In this document: in pieces, positions 51,392 to 64,000 of the stretch
How the letters are laid out: every line of letters starts with the position of its first letter
Position numbering within the stretch: position 1 is the stretch's first letter
Source: Azolla caroliniana
Taxonomy: Eukaryota; Plantae; Polypodiophyta
Direction: 5' to 3'
Assembly (NCBI GenBank): GCA_043228905.1
Contig: JBHGNT010000003.1
Location: 2,790,001-2,854,000 of the forward strand
Length of the DNA: 64,000 bases
Translations under genes and position numbers: made by a program
Notes under the pieces: model-generated
Told to the model about the DNA's origin: nothing
What the model saw: the letters and a program-made list of their open reading frames with translations, nothing else
Database searches by the model: none

Positions 51392-54300
51392 CAGTGTTGG
51401 GCAAAGTCTCTAGGCCCTACCGGAAATTTTCCTGCTTCTTATGAACCTAACCGGAATGTTAAAATCTCAGCCGGCCACGTTCCTATTAGCGACAATGTCA
51501 ACCGGAAATGTTGAAATTTTTTTTAACGCATACCAAATAAATAAATAAAATTCTAGTGCAATACCACATCAAATCAATCACAAAAAATTGGAGCCCAAAA
51601 ACTAAATATATATATTTATCAAAAAATGTACTAACTTTGTAAACAAAATTCACTTTTCGAAACTTTGTAAACTAGCATTAACAACATATTAGATCAAATT
51701 AGAGCTAATATATATAAAGTTCCAAAACAAAATAGATCACATTTACAAAATTTCAATCTATATCTTCTATGAAGTCCTCGATGTCTTCATCATGCTCATG
51801 AGAAGTACTTGTAAAAATATGACGATATGCCTTGCTTTCTCGCCACAACAAAATGCTGGCATTGAAGTCATGTTCTTCTAATTCAGGTCCTTCAATAGAT
51901 ATTCGTATCAATGCATCAACCGCATTGGTTTTTAGCCTATTTCTAAACTTGTTTTTTATTAGATTTAGGCGACTAAAGCCTCTCTCACATGCTGCCGTAG
52001 AAGAACACTGAATTAACCCTATCAATGAAAGCTTTAGAAGCTCGGGTAGCTTTTCTTTCCACACATCATTACAATTTATCATACCCCAAACATCTAAGAA
52101 ATCTCTTCCAAGCCATTCCGTGGTAGCTTGCCTTTTGAAAATTGCATATTCATCATACAATTTATCATTATCAATTATGGGAGAAAACGCTTTCCCATCT
52201 ATCATTTTTTGAATGCCATAAAAATTTCCAAGTGTTTTCAACTCATTAAGACCCATAGTTTTTCGTGCTAAAATGCTTGTAGATCCGGTAGACATGTTCA
52301 TTGGTGATAACATTTTCAATGCGGAAAGAGTCACCGGATCTTGAAGCCTCTTTTTTATTGTCTCTATCAATGCCTTAGAAAACAAAGTTTGGAATTGTAT
52401 GGCTTCAATTAAGTCCTCACCATCAACACTTCTATCGATGAGGATGCTTTTATACATATTACCTTTTGTGGCATCTCGTAAAACTGAAAGCATTCCTTTT
52501 TCTCTACCATATTCTGGAATAATTGGATAATTATCGTTATCCTTCTCAAAACCATTCAGATCCATCATAACATGATGTAAAAATTGTTCTTCTATCTCCC
52601 CAATGGCTATCATAGCCAAACCTCCAATGCATGTCACATCCACATATTCCTTTTGGAATTCCATACTTAATGTAGACATGATCTTAAGTACATCTGCAAG
52701 GAAGTGAAGCATATACACTACTTTAAAGTTTCTTAAACTCAAGAATACATTGTATGCATCACTTTGCGATTGCAAAGTCTTCATCAAGGGTTCATACACA
52801 TCACATACCCTCATGATAGCACCATGCCGACTAAGCCATCGTGTCTTCATAATCCCAAGAATATGCAAATGTGTGTATTCTAATGCATCTTGCATCTTAC
52901 TTAATTCACCTTGGCGCATTGAGCTCCTCGAGAAATGTGCAGCCACCCGATTCACAAGGGCATCTAACTGCTTGCATGTTTCTTTGACTTCGACGTTCTT
53001 TGAAGCCTCTTGCACACACAAGTTTGTTCGATGTGCACAACAATGTAATGAAGTCATAAATGGATTATATGACTTCAATCTTGTAGCAACACCTGTAGAC
53101 ATACCTACCATAACAGATGCTCCATCACTTCCAAATCCCATCATTTTTCTAACATCTAAGTTCCACTTTTTTAACAACGCTAAAATGTTTTCTGTTATTG
53201 TTTTTGCTGTACCATCCTCTACTTCAAGTACCCCTAAATAAGAGGTTCGTACTTGCCTTCCTTCCACAAATGTAGCGTAAAGGATCAAGTTCTTGGTCAC
53301 ACTTACATCGGTAGCTTCATCTACCATAAGCCCAAACCAAGGACTTGTCCTCAACCTTTCATATATCTCGGCTTCAAGAGCCTTGCTAATGTGCAAGATA
53401 AAGCTTGCACAAGGCTTATTATCATTGTACATTCGTGGAAGGCCTTCCACACCACACTCTCTTAATAAACGTAAGAGGTTTTCCAATTTTCTAAATGCCA
53501 AATCCTCTTTAGCTATAAAATATGCACATTTAAACAATTTTTCAACTGCTAAATCCACACTAGCTTTTTTCTTTGATGCACATTTTTCAAGACCATTCTT
53601 GTCTCGTTCTTGTAACAAAATGGCATCTCGATGGGCCACACTTCTTGCATGTTCTTCTAATGCAGAAGTCTTAAAATTTTTTGCACCTGTTTTTCCAAAT
53701 AAGGACTTACAATGTGGGTCATTCCTACAATAACTACACCATAGAAGCCCAGTTTCTAAATCCTCTTGAAGCCACTTAAATTTAGTAGGCCAATCTTCTT
53801 GAAATCTTAGTTTCGCCTTACTAACTCTATTTATCTCATTAATTGACTCTTGAGAGTATTGTTGGTCTTTTATAGGTTCTTCTAGAGACACATCTTCATT
53901 AGAAGATGACATGTTCTTCCTAAAACAAGGCATTGTATGAAGGCTCATTTGTTTTCCCTTGCCTTTGCTATTTTTGTTGTGCGACATACTGTAACAATAA
54001 GGTAGAGTATATTGAACAATCATAATCTATCATTTTCATTTACAAGAAAGGGAAACATACATACACAATCCATGTTTTCCAAAGAGAATAAGAAAATTAA
54101 AATACCTGGAATATATGGAAGATTGCGAGGCTATAAAAGATTGAGTTTCCACTATGGATCTTCCAATCTATAAAAAAATAAAGAAGAAAGAGGAAGCCTC
54201 ACATTAGCTTACACGCACATGCAAATGATAAATAATACATATCTTCACTATTTACTAGTTCATCTCTTTCTTAGCGTGTTCGATGCAAAACGCAATTGAA

Positions 54301-56843
54301 ACTCTTAAATTGAATGTCAAAACCTCAAAATAATTTCACTATCAATGAGACATACATGCATTGTCTTCGTCTCATGCATGCATTGTCTTCGTCTCATGTT
54401 TGGGTCATAAAGTCAAAAGTTTGAGCAATACATTGTACACATCATACATGTGTATCCAAATATGCACAAAGTGGCCTCGTGGTGTTTACACTAATTATGC
54501 TACTCTATCTTGACTTGTCCTAAACTTGTATGCTACTCTTGGATCTTCATACAAATCTATTTACATAGAGACAATATGAAATACATGAGCATATGTAACA
54601 ATTCTTGCTACATCTATATTGAAAGCACCACTTCATCTTAAGGTTTATGGTAAGTTTGTTTAAAGTAATTGAAATTACCATGCAATGTATTGATTATGAA
54701 CCGTCACTACAACATTGGTTAGGGACTCATTGGTTCAAAGCTTAGCAAATCAAGCGATATAAAACCGAGAGAACATGGGTTAGGAATCAGGATGACATGT
54801 TATCAAATCACTTGCTCCAACTCGTTCCTAATGACATCAACATACTCTCTTAGATACGTAGTTCCACATCTTACATGAAAAAAATGAGCAAGACCATTGA
54901 CAAGTACACAATTGTTCGCATTCGGCTCAAACTAGGAGACAAATAGACGGGAGAAAACGACAACTAGTAGCAAGTTATGAAATCTATGTGGGAGGGGAAT
55001 ACAAACAAATGAGCATTTCATTGACATATGCTATGCATGCTATATTGGAGGCAATTACCATTATATATTTCGGGACAAATTCGGACCATTGTACCAAATC
55101 ACGGAGTGCGAAGGCCCAAAAAGTTTATGATATTCTTTCTCATGGTTAAACACACTTGCCACGAATCATGGGCCCATGCACTTCTCTCCTCTTATTTGCC
55201 ACTTCTCTCCTCTTCTTTGCCTTTTTTTGAAAACAAAAAAACAGAGGAAAGCAGAGCCTTTGTTTCCCTCTCTCTTCTTGTTGACTCTGATTGTTTTCTG
55301 TGTATCCAACAACAGCAAGCAAGCCATCTTAAAACTTTATAAGGTTTCACCATTAAATTAGGGTCTCAATCCCAATACAGGCCTAATTCTGAGAGAGTCT
55401 CAGTGTCCTTTTGAAAGCCTCAAACTTTCATACCCTGATTGACAGAAGAGGCACTCTGATGCTCTCAAAACATACAACAATCTCTTTTGATGCCCCTAAA
55501 AAATGATTTAGATATATCTCCAGCTTCTAGCTTCCATCATCGTTCTGAAATCCTAACAGCCATATCCATTGGAGCAGCTAGCTGCAAAGATGTATGAGGT
55601 AAAGCACTTATAGATCCAGCTATGGAGATGAGTTAATCACTTGAAACTTTCTTTCAAGGTCTTTCTTGTTCCTTTGCAAGAATTGTTAGCGAGAAAGAAT
55701 TATGAGGTTTCAAAGAGAATGTGGTCATGTGGATGATGGCAATACCATGATGGTTCATGAAAATGATAATGATGGATGTACCATGGTTCAGGATGATGAT
55801 GATGTGCATATCATATCTCATGATGGTGGTGGTGATGATGATGATGGCAATGGGCACGCCATCATTCATGATAGGCATGCCACTTCTCAACAAACCATGT
55901 TTCATCATGAGTATGTGCATACCATGATTCATGATGATGATGGGCATGCCATGTTTCATGATGAAGAAGAAGAAGAAGAAGAAAATTCTAGTACTCTAAT
56001 TTCTCTCGCCCATGTTCTGAAATAATTACCGTAGTTTACGGACATCCACTGTACTTGCCTCTAGTACAAAAAACACTATTTCTCCAGCGGGAAAATGAAC
56101 GTTGGAAGCAAAGGCAACAATAATTCAGGATTGCAATCATCAGGCATTTGAGCAAATATTCATGGATGTCATTAATTATTGTGATAAAGAAACAAAACCT
56201 TCACAAACATAGCTATTAAAAATGTGCATTTTATGTATAAAATGCATTTTAGAATACTTGAACTATTTAACATACATTCTGCATTTTACAACTGCCATTT
56301 CAAACTGGTCTTGTTCTTATGAACCTAATTGGAAATTTTTAGAAACTATAGTTGTGCACTCACCTTGCAATAGAGAGCGACGAGCGGCGATTGAGCGAGC
56401 GGCGATCAACGAGGAAGGAGGAACGAGTAATGATGAAGTCCGAAGGATGGAGTTGTGAGAAAAAACAGAAATCGACAGAGTGAAATGGAAATTGACAGAG
56501 AGGGAGACAGAAATCGTCGTCAGAGAGGGAGAAAGAAATCGTCGACAGAGAGGGAGACAGAAATGAGAGAGAGAGAGAGAGAGAGAGAAAGAGGAGGGGG
56601 GGAAAAAACACGCAAAGGGGGAAAAAGGGGGAAAAGGCTCAAGAGTAAATGAATATGTTTTTTTTTAACCTTTTTATTTTTACAAACTATATAAATAGCC
56701 GGTTCAAAAAATATGAACCGGCTAGATTCCGGTTGGTAGGAAAACCTAGCCGGAATCAATTCCGGCTGCCCCCCACCTTGGCCGGCAAAAGTCCCAACCC
56801 AACCGGAACGCTGACACTGTTCTTGGGACTTTGCCCAACACTG
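51392..56843 (-). mobile_element. full-length autonomous hAT DNA transposon (5452 bp)
   Basis: Perfect 17-bp TIR CAGTGTTGGGCAAAGTC; perfect 8-bp TSD GTATGGAC (51384-51391, 56844-56851); subterminal CCGG(AA) motifs; intact transposase ORF. Confidence 0.97.
51753..53987 (-). CDS. hAT transposase (ZNF862/DUF4371-like), ~744 aa
   Basis: N-terminal zinc finger (WCSYC...H.....H), MVDEATD, SDGASVM, HCCAH, TRWLSR, C-terminal CERGFS.L..IK...RNRL; likely start ATG at 53987 just after a candidate 5'UTR intron (GT at 54105, AG at 53989). Confidence 0.93.
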   Translation of the reverse strand: MSHNKNSKGKGKQMSLHTMPCFRKNMSSSNEDVSLEEPIKDQQYSQESINEINRVSKAKLRFQEDWPTKFKWLQEDLETGLLWCSYCRNDPHCKSLFGKTGAKNFKTSALEEHARSVAHRDAILLQERDKNGLEKCASKKKASVDLAVEKLFKCAYFIAKEDLAFRKLENLLRLLRECGVEGLPRMYNDNKPCASFILHISKALEAEIYERLRTSPWFGLMVDEATDVSVTKNLILYATFVEGRQVRTSYLGVLEVEDGTAKTITENILALLKKWNLDVRKMMGFGSDGASVMVGMSTGVATRLKSYNPFMTSLHCCAHRTNLCVQEASKNVEVKETCKQLDALVNRVAAHFSRSSMRQGELSKMQDALEYTHLHILGIMKTRWLSRHGAIMRVCDVYEPLMKTLQSQSDAYNVFLSLRNFKVVYMLHFLADVLKIMSTLSMEFQKEYVDVTCIGGLAMIAIGEIEEQFLHHVMMDLNGFEKDNDNYPIIPEYGREKGMLSVLRDATKGNMYKSILIDRSVDGEDLIEAIQFQTLFSKALIETIKKRLQDPVTLSALKMLSPMNMSTGSTSILARKTMGLNELKTLGNFYGIQKMIDGKAFSPIIDNDKLYDEYAIFKRQATTEWLGRDFLDVWGMINCNDVWKEKLPELLKLSLIGLIQCSSTAACERGFSRLNLIKNKFRNRLKTNAVDALIRISIEGPELEEHDFNASILLWRESKAYRHIFTSTSHEHDEDIEDFIEDID

Positions 56844-57614
56844 GTATGGACTGTATTATCAAAAGGAAGCAGAGGGAATGGACATGTTGCAATGGTGTGT
56901 GTAGCTCACTCATATCATGGCAAAGCTTACGGTTTTGAATAGTGTAAACCTAGCAGCAGCCAAGAGTTTCCACACAAAATATATAAGATACAACTTAAAA
57001 GTAACGTGGGATTAAGTTAGCGGATTAAGCTTGTGCCGAGAATGTCTATCACCGTCATCGTCACTGGGAAACAAGAACCCATATAAAACAGAATTTTTCA
57101 ATTTTCATATTGCATAAAAACATAAAACAAGAAGTTTGCTATTACAATTGCCTCAAGCTCTACAGGTATACAGAAAAACGCAATTGACCTCTAACAACCA
57201 ATAGAACTCTTGGTCTGTCCTCCAACAAGACTTGGGGACAAGGTCTGGTGGTGGAATGCATGTTTAATAGGTAAGTAATGCAGTTTAGAAAAATGATATG
57301 CCAATTTTTACTACCTCAATAATGAACATCAATCTGAAGTAGGACAAATACATATTTCTAACAATAGACCATCTGTTGTAGGACAAATGGTATGAAAGCT
57401 AGATTTACGACAATAGCTCAACATATTGATGATGACCATCAATCTGTTGTAGGAAAATTGGTGTGGAAGCCAAATTTATGAGATGTTGATCATCATGTTA
57501 TCTTTTTCGTGGTTTAGACCATGACTCTAATTAGATTTGGCACAATATCTTGGTCTTTGTTTAAGAAATGAATAGGAAAACCCAATGACCAGATTTATAC
57601 CTTGAATTACCCCT

Positions 57615-58915
57615 TGTTGTGTAAGATTGTCCTTCCTTGTGGGGTTGTCAACCGAAAAGCCGAAACGAGAGTCGGCTGGCCGAAATCTGCTGAAAAGCCG
57701 AAATGGGATTCGGTCAAATGGAAGTCGGCCGAATAGAAGTTCGGATTAATACACACATATATAGAAGTTCGGTTTTCTCCTGAAATCAAGTTTTTCCACG
57801 TAAATCGTGTGTTGCTTGTTTTCCGTGTGTCTCGGTATATTTATAGCTTCCGTTTGAGTGTAAATCATATCAAACTGGTATCAAAGCCTAGGGTCTAGAT
57901 GGAAGGGAGTGTAAGTGGCTTTCCGGGGATGATTGTCCTAAACTCACAAAACTACTCAGACTAGAAGTTCAAATTGGAAGATCTTTTGATAGTCAAAGAT
58001 TTGTATGAGCCTATAGATAGGAAGGAAATACTAGTAGGGGTAATAGAATCGGAGTGGAAAACTCTATATAGAAAGGCAGTGGCAACTATAAGACAGTGTG
58101 TAGACATTAGCGTCCTACAACATGTAGCAAGTGATACAAATGCTTTTGAGTTATGGCATAAACTCTCTATCTTGTACGAAAGGAAAAACACCCTAAATAA
58201 AACTTCTCTAATGAAGAAAATAGTGAGACTAAAGTACGTAGATGGGGAGAGCATTGTAGAGCACATTAGTACATTCATGGGATTGGTAAATTAGTTAGCA
58301 TCAGGGAAGTTTCCATTAGATGATGTTATGCAGGCCACACTACTACTATGTACTCTACCAGATAGTTGGGCAAACCTAATAGTAACACTCAGTGCCTCAT
58401 TTAAAGAAGACAACCTATCCTTACAAGTAGTAAAGACAAGTATCCTAAACGAAGAGACAAGAAGAAAGGATAAAAGTGCATTGTCTCAATCGGAAGCCAA
58501 TGTGACACAAGAACTTAGTAGAGGAAGAAACAAACACAGAAGTCCTGAAGGTAGAGATAAGTTTTATGCTAGGCCGAAATCTAGAGGAAGACCTACATGA
58601 TTCTATTGTGTGAAGCCTAGTCACTTCCTAAAGAATTGTCAACACCTTAGGAAGGACAAAGGCATGGTGGATGAGGTCGAACCTAGAAAAATTTCTAATG
58701 ATAAAAACACCTCAATCATTGCAACTAGTGAAGAAGATATGTTATTTATTTGTGAACAAGCTAGTGTGAATCTTGCAAATGGTAAGTGCTCATGGGTAGT
58801 GGATTCCGGTGCATCATTCCACCTAACTTCGAAAAGAGAATGTTTCTCATCTTACACAACCCGTGAGGCTACATAAGGATGGTAAATGACGGTGAATGCA
58901 AGATTGTGGGTATAG
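57615..58915 (+). mobile_element. Ty1/copia 5' portion: LTR (57615-57872), PBS, gag and protease; truncated
   Basis: TG...CA LTR starting where similarity to the 18190 paralog stops; PBS TGGTATCAAAGC at 57876; ATG at 57899; gag motifs (NY..W, LLCTLPDSW), degenerate zinc knuckle, protease WVVDSGASFH; several stops. Confidence 0.9.
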
Positions 58916-59575
58916 CACGCCACTGGTAGCTGTCCGATAGAGTGCAGAAGTGAAAGTCCTCCATTTTTGGGGTAGGCCCATAGCTCTCATCGTGTTTTAC
59001 AAGAAGGGCCATAGTACCCTATCGTAGGCCTTCTCGAAGTCTAGCATCAAAATAGCCGAGCTTGATGTGGAGTGATCTGCCAATGCCATTACTTCCCAGA
59101 GAAGGAGCACATTATCAAAGATACACCGGCTCCTTGATAAACCCTATTTGATTCTCATGTATAATGTCTAGTAAGAAGCTTGCTAACCGCCGAGCGAGGA
59201 CTTTTGCGAGTATCTTGTAAATCGTGTTAAGGATTGTTATTGGATGCCACTAGCGCAACTCCAGGCTTCACTCTTGCTGCTTTGGGAATAAGGTAGACCA
59301 TCCCCTCAGTCAAACCGGTCGGCATTGTTCCTGAGGTCTAGTTCTCCTAAACCCTGGCTTCCAATGATGGGATAACACTTTCCCAATGGATCTCAAAAAT
59401 ATCTCGTGAGAGACCATCGGGGCTGGGGCATGCTCCTCTCTTCAAATCCCTGAGTGCCTCCAAGAGTTCTAATCGAGAAATGGGGCTATCTAGCACAACG
59501 CCATTCTCTTGGGTTACCTTGGGGTGAATGCAAGTCATCACCCTATCGGCCATAACTCTCTTATTCCTTGTCACT
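58916..59575 (-). mobile_element. L1-type LINE RT fragment
   Basis: Minus strand: CPSPDGL, YLIPK, WHPITILNTIYKILAKVLARRL, Q.GF, MLDFEKAYDRV. Confidence 0.9.
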
Positions 59576-59736
59576 TATTTTACTTCTACTACATCATGTT
59601 GCAAGAGTTACAAAAAAAAGAACAGAAATAGCATACAATGAAATCCCAAATGAATCAACAAAGCTCCACACTCCACTATATCTGAGCTTCTTTATTTTTG
59701 GCTTAGGGTGGGTTTTATATATTTAGGTTTGTCTTG

Positions 59737-60446
59737 TCAGTAATAGCCTGCTACAATATAGGCTGTCTGCAATAATGCCAACAGGATCACGAGAATCGCG
59801 GCAAAGAGCGAAATCCTGAGCCATGGCTTAGATAAAAACTTTTGGCGAAACTCCACATACATGAGACGCCCAGGATTCTCATAGTCAGTCCAATATATCG
59901 CGAATCATTGTGCGAAAGACCCATGATCGATCCGAGACATTGATGCACATGTCGTTCCACATCTCCACCACTCTGCCATCATTCCCAAGGTGATTCTCTA
60001 TCACTTCCGCATTTTGGAAATGTATCTGGATTGATGTCTTCTCCATTATGCGGTTGTGATCGTTCTCTGATGACCCAAAGATTACGAGGGTCGTCAAAGA
60101 GGCGTTGCGTGATCTGTTGCACATCTGATATCCCATGTCTTCGCATGAATCTCTTCACACACACTGCCTTACAATGATTAGGAGGAGAGTCTTTATGAAA
60201 CATTTCATACAATGGTCCGATGGTCAGGATCTGAGGGCGATATAGCAGTGGCTTCACATCCACTATTGCTTGGCCAGGCGGCGAAATGATCGGCAAATTC
60301 TTGGGCCGTTCAGTTTCAGCAATAGTATCAGCCTCATTGATCCTTATTCTCCATGTGTCTTGATCCATTTGACTTGTAAGGTTGATTTCCTTGTTGATAT
60401 TCTCTTTAACTTCTTCTTCAGACTTCTTCTTCCTGGGTGGGCACAA
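59737..60446 (-). pseudogene. DUF247 pseudogene with large internal deletion
   Basis: N-part (ENINKE...YRPQILTIGPLY...CVKRFMRRHG) joins near 60020-60075 to C-part (VIENHLGND..V.EMWNDMC ... MYVEFRQKFLSKPW + TM + GYY*); central region missing; no ATG at the ORF start. Confidence 0.9.
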
Positions 60447-63033
60447 ACTTGATGCTTTCTTCTAGTAGTCAAGCAACAGGCCTAGTCTTGCCTTGCAGGA
60501 GATAGGAATAGACAGAGAGAGAGAGAGAGAGGTAGGCGGGGGGGGGGAGATAAGATTGCCAGTCTAATCATAGAAATTCTACTAATTACATTCACAATAA
60601 TCACCTGTGAAGGAATTCATGGAAAGACATGGGATATCAGATGTAGAAGAGCTCATGCATCATATTTCCTGATCCCTGATCTAATGAGATAAGAATGATA
60701 TATAAAGCATGTGTATGGGATCAATAGTCATTTCATTTCCCATAAAGATCAAATGGGCTCTTCAATATTTCTTGATCAATTCTTGTATGATTGAGCTCCA
60801 GAGCTCATCTTCTTGTGATGTTGACTGAGTCTTTGAGTAGGTAGGTAGCTTCTAGGAAAGAGTTATGTACATGAAGTCAACAATCATACTAGTCAATGAT
60901 CATGCCAAAGTAGTGGATATGTTACAGAGACAAATATGTCATTGGGTTTACAGTGAGAGATGTTGAGATCATTATATGGTGTTGTTATCATCGTTGTGGT
61001 GTTACCATTGATGGATTTATGAGACTTCTTAATTTAAGTATGTTGTGTGTGTAATTAACTGGCATCCTTTGAAGAGAATTAGACTCAAAATTGTTAATAC
61101 ATGTGAACGCACTCGCCTATGACTAGGAGGTTGATTTCTATGATCAATTCTTTTTGCTACTTAGATACTAAAGCCCTCCATTTATATGAGGGGACTAAAA
61201 TGTGGTGCTACATTAAAAATTTATTAATTATTAGCATTATCAATCAGCTGATGATGTAGCGCTACACTAAAAATGTAAGTCTCGTATACTTATTAACGCC
61301 ATTTACTTTTCAATGCAGTACTTTTTTCCTCTTTGCCATTTTCTAATTATTGCCCATCAAGAACTTCTCAAACAATACTTGGATATTTTAAAGATTAATG
61401 TTTCAGAAAGCTAACCAAGAATCCCTTTTCCTAATGTTGGGTATCCCAAAAGGAGCAAAGAGTATTCCAAAGTCAAAAAGAGCAAGAACATTTTTGTTAT
61501 TAATTTTTTATCCTCACACATGATTCCATTAGAGAAAGGAGTACATATTAAACGGGGAAATGTGATTCATGTTGGCCTTATGGAGGACATCAACCAGAAC
61601 TACTATATGGAATCTTAGCTGAAGAACTTTTTTTTGGTTTTCCTTAATTGTATTCAGATTCAAACCTTTTCCCTTTTAAAACATGTGACCATGGAACTTG
61701 CAAAATAGGTATACAGATGGATACAATACATAACATTATTTATGTTAAGAAAATATATATGGCTTATTGCAATGATGTGGATGCACATAATTATATTGAT
61801 GGCCTTCAGTGTTTTCCCCAACATTTTTTACAGACTTTCATTAACACCATATCTCTTAAAATTTTACTTTCTATGAATTGAGGAGTGAATTCATCCGTTT
61901 TTACTCGAATCCTTTGTTTTAGTTTGAGCAATTTCAGACCCTGATGGACACCTTGATCTTAGATAGACATCTTCATACCAGACTTCATTGTGACGTATTT
62001 AACTTAGTAAACTAACATTTAGTTTTTAATAATACCCAAGCAAAAGATTGAGCAACTATCAACATGATTGAAGGCTCCACACACAACTCTCACGACATAA
62101 TTGATTTGACATGATACACTAACACGATTGTTGAGTCCATAGACAACCTTCAACGATTACATGTCTGCATTATTATCCTTGGCAATATGCACATTATAGC
62201 TCATATTAGCAACTTGCATATGCAGATATGTAGTTTTCAATTGTCCACTTTAAGTGTATTACTTGGATTTCAATGGCTTGTTCTTTACACCCCAAAAGTT
62301 TTTCTTTTTTCTTTTCTCTTTTTTATCAATATCCTTAATCAACTAACCCTCCTTTTCTTCAAAGTTGACACCCAAAAAAAAGTTTCTTTTCTTTTCTTGT
62401 TTTTATCAAATATCCTTAGTCAACACCTCCTTTTTCTTCACACCCCAAAAGTTTTTCTTTTGTTTTCTCTTTTTTATTAATATCCTTAGTGAACCACTCC
62501 TTTTTCTTGAAGTTTTTCTTTTCTTTTCTCCTTTTTATTAATATCCTTAGACAACTACCCCTCATCGTTAGTCAACTACCCTTTTTCGCTTTCTCCTTTA
62601 CGTTACATGATCCCCGAGGTTACATGTCCCACATCTTGTGTACCGACCTACATACTTCACTATATCTTTATCTATAATTGGGTAGGTAGATAGGTGAATT
62701 TCATTATTGTGCCCGCAAATGTGACTTGTGTATGTGCGCGCGCGCGTGCATGGGGATTGCCCAAGGGTATTGTGGCGGAAACATAAAAAATCAAGGGATA
62801 CTTCAAAGCGTTTCTCTCTTTTTAGTCATACACAGACATGGAGTTTCCTACACCTCACATGGAAACGAAGAACAAGTTTGAAGACTTCTTTTAGACTCTT
62901 TAAAGCCCCTATAAAGACCAACAAATAGATCATAGATCATGAATGATCTGACATATGTAAGAACTATCTACCCCCTAAAGAAAACTCCATTCACATACAT
63001 TAGAATATTGTTTTTGAAGAAAGTATCAAGCTT

Positions 63034-64000
63034 ATGGAGCAACAACAACAACAAGAGCAAAAGAAGAAGAAGAAGAAGAAGATGATGATGATGAATAATG
63101 CTTCCCATGGGGAACAAATGGTCCATTATCTACATCCATATAACCCCATCCCTACTATCCATAACCTCCCCATCGATCGACTTTACCAACTCAACTGCAC
63201 CACAAAAAAATGGAAACACTACATGAAGAAAGAGATTGGTAAGGCTGTCAACAGATATAAGCTTCAAAAACATAAAGTGATCGGGTTTGTCCCTCGCTCG
63301 TTGTTCGACGTAAAGCCACAATCATATTGCCCGTGGATCCTGACCATGGGTCCATTGTATCAAAACCTCAAGCCTTCCCCTATAGATAGATGTAAGCCCC
63401 TTTGCGTGAAGAAATTCATGGAAAGACATGGGATATCAGATGTCGAAGAGTTCATGGAACAGCTCATCCCCGAGCCGCAGGAACTTAGAGATATCTATCT
63501 GGATCTCTCGACTTCTAACTTTGAGTCGCTGAGACTTCTGGTCACTGTTGATACCATCTTCATTCACGAATTCTTTCTGTTCTTGAGCGAGGATTGCCCT
63601 CAGTCTGAAGAGGAGAAGAAGAGTGGGTACTTGTACGCCTTCATGAACAATACAATTACGATATCCCAAATCTGGAGGGACTTGCTGCTCATAGGCAACC
63701 AGATTCCCATGTCACTTCTAATCAAAATTATAAACATCCCACAGGAATTACCTGACTTCACAGAGAATGATCTTCTACAAGTCTTGCACTATTTTGTTTG
63801 GGTACACGGTCCATTCCTCATGACCAGGTTTAAAGAATGGGAGGCTAATCAAATAGAAAGGAAGCAAGTGGAAAAAAAACTTCTTAACTGTGAGCATCTA
63901 CTTGATTGCCTATATGTTTCGTGCACACAAAAATCTTGGGAGCCTAAGAATCCAAGTAGATGCATGCAATTCCTGAACCTTCTATGGGGCTGCAAAAAGA
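63034..64000 (+). CDS. DUF247 protein (gene 4, MEQ-type), open to window end; absent from the ORF track
   Basis: Manual translation from ATG 63034: MEQQQQQEQKKKKKKKMMMMNNASHG...YCPWILTMGPLYQ...VTVDTIFIHEF...DLLLIGNQIP...CEHLLD... with no stop in 322 codons. Confidence 0.88.
   Translation, partial: MEQQQQQEQKKKKKKKMMMMNNASHGEQMVHYLHPYNPIPTIHNLPIDRLYQLNCTTKKWKHYMKKEIGKAVNRYKLQKHKVIGFVPRSLFDVKPQSYCPWILTMGPLYQNLKPSPIDRCKPLCVKKFMERHGISDVEEFMEQLIPEPQELRDIYLDLSTSNFESLRLLVTVDTIFIHEFFLFLSEDCPQSEEEKKSGYLYAFMNNTITISQIWRDLLLIGNQIPMSLLIKIINIPQELPDFTENDLLQVLHYFVWVHGPFLMTRFKEWEANQIERKQVEKKLLNCEHLLDCLYVSCTQKSWEPKNPSRCMQFLNLLWGCKK

Noticed and set aside
53988-54023. First 12 codons of the 756-aa transposase ORF
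   Set aside because: They lie in a probable intron ending TTACAG at 53989; ATG 53987 is preferred.
55654-56025. His/Asp-rich and Met/Ile-rich ORFs as real genes
   Set aside because: Both come from GAT/CAT trinucleotide low complexity inside the hAT; no recognisable domain.

Overview
Eukaryotic, AT-rich plant genomic DNA; a non-seed plant such as a fern is a guess from TE style, not proven. 1-12.2 kb is a triple retrotransposon nest: the 3' half of Ty3/gypsy A sits in the gag of Ty3/gypsy B, which sits in a Ty1/copia pol. 13-64 kb is a tandem cluster of intronless DUF247 (UPF0481-type) genes: three complete ORFs, a fourth open to the window edge, two large pseudogenes and several fragments. 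The cluster is a patchwork of direct and inverted segmental duplications interrupted by LINE, copia and hAT insertions, including an intact autonomous hAT with TIRs, an 8-bp TSD and its empty site visible in a paralogous segment. The most unusual signal is the right end of gypsy B: a ~370-bp fold-back 'LTR' with TTAGGG repeats, preceded by a tRNA-3'-end-like sequence (antisense PBS) and a strand-skew switch. Gypsy A also carries a tRNA-derived Pol III A/B-box module in its LTR. All calls are from reading the sequence by eye; no searches were run.
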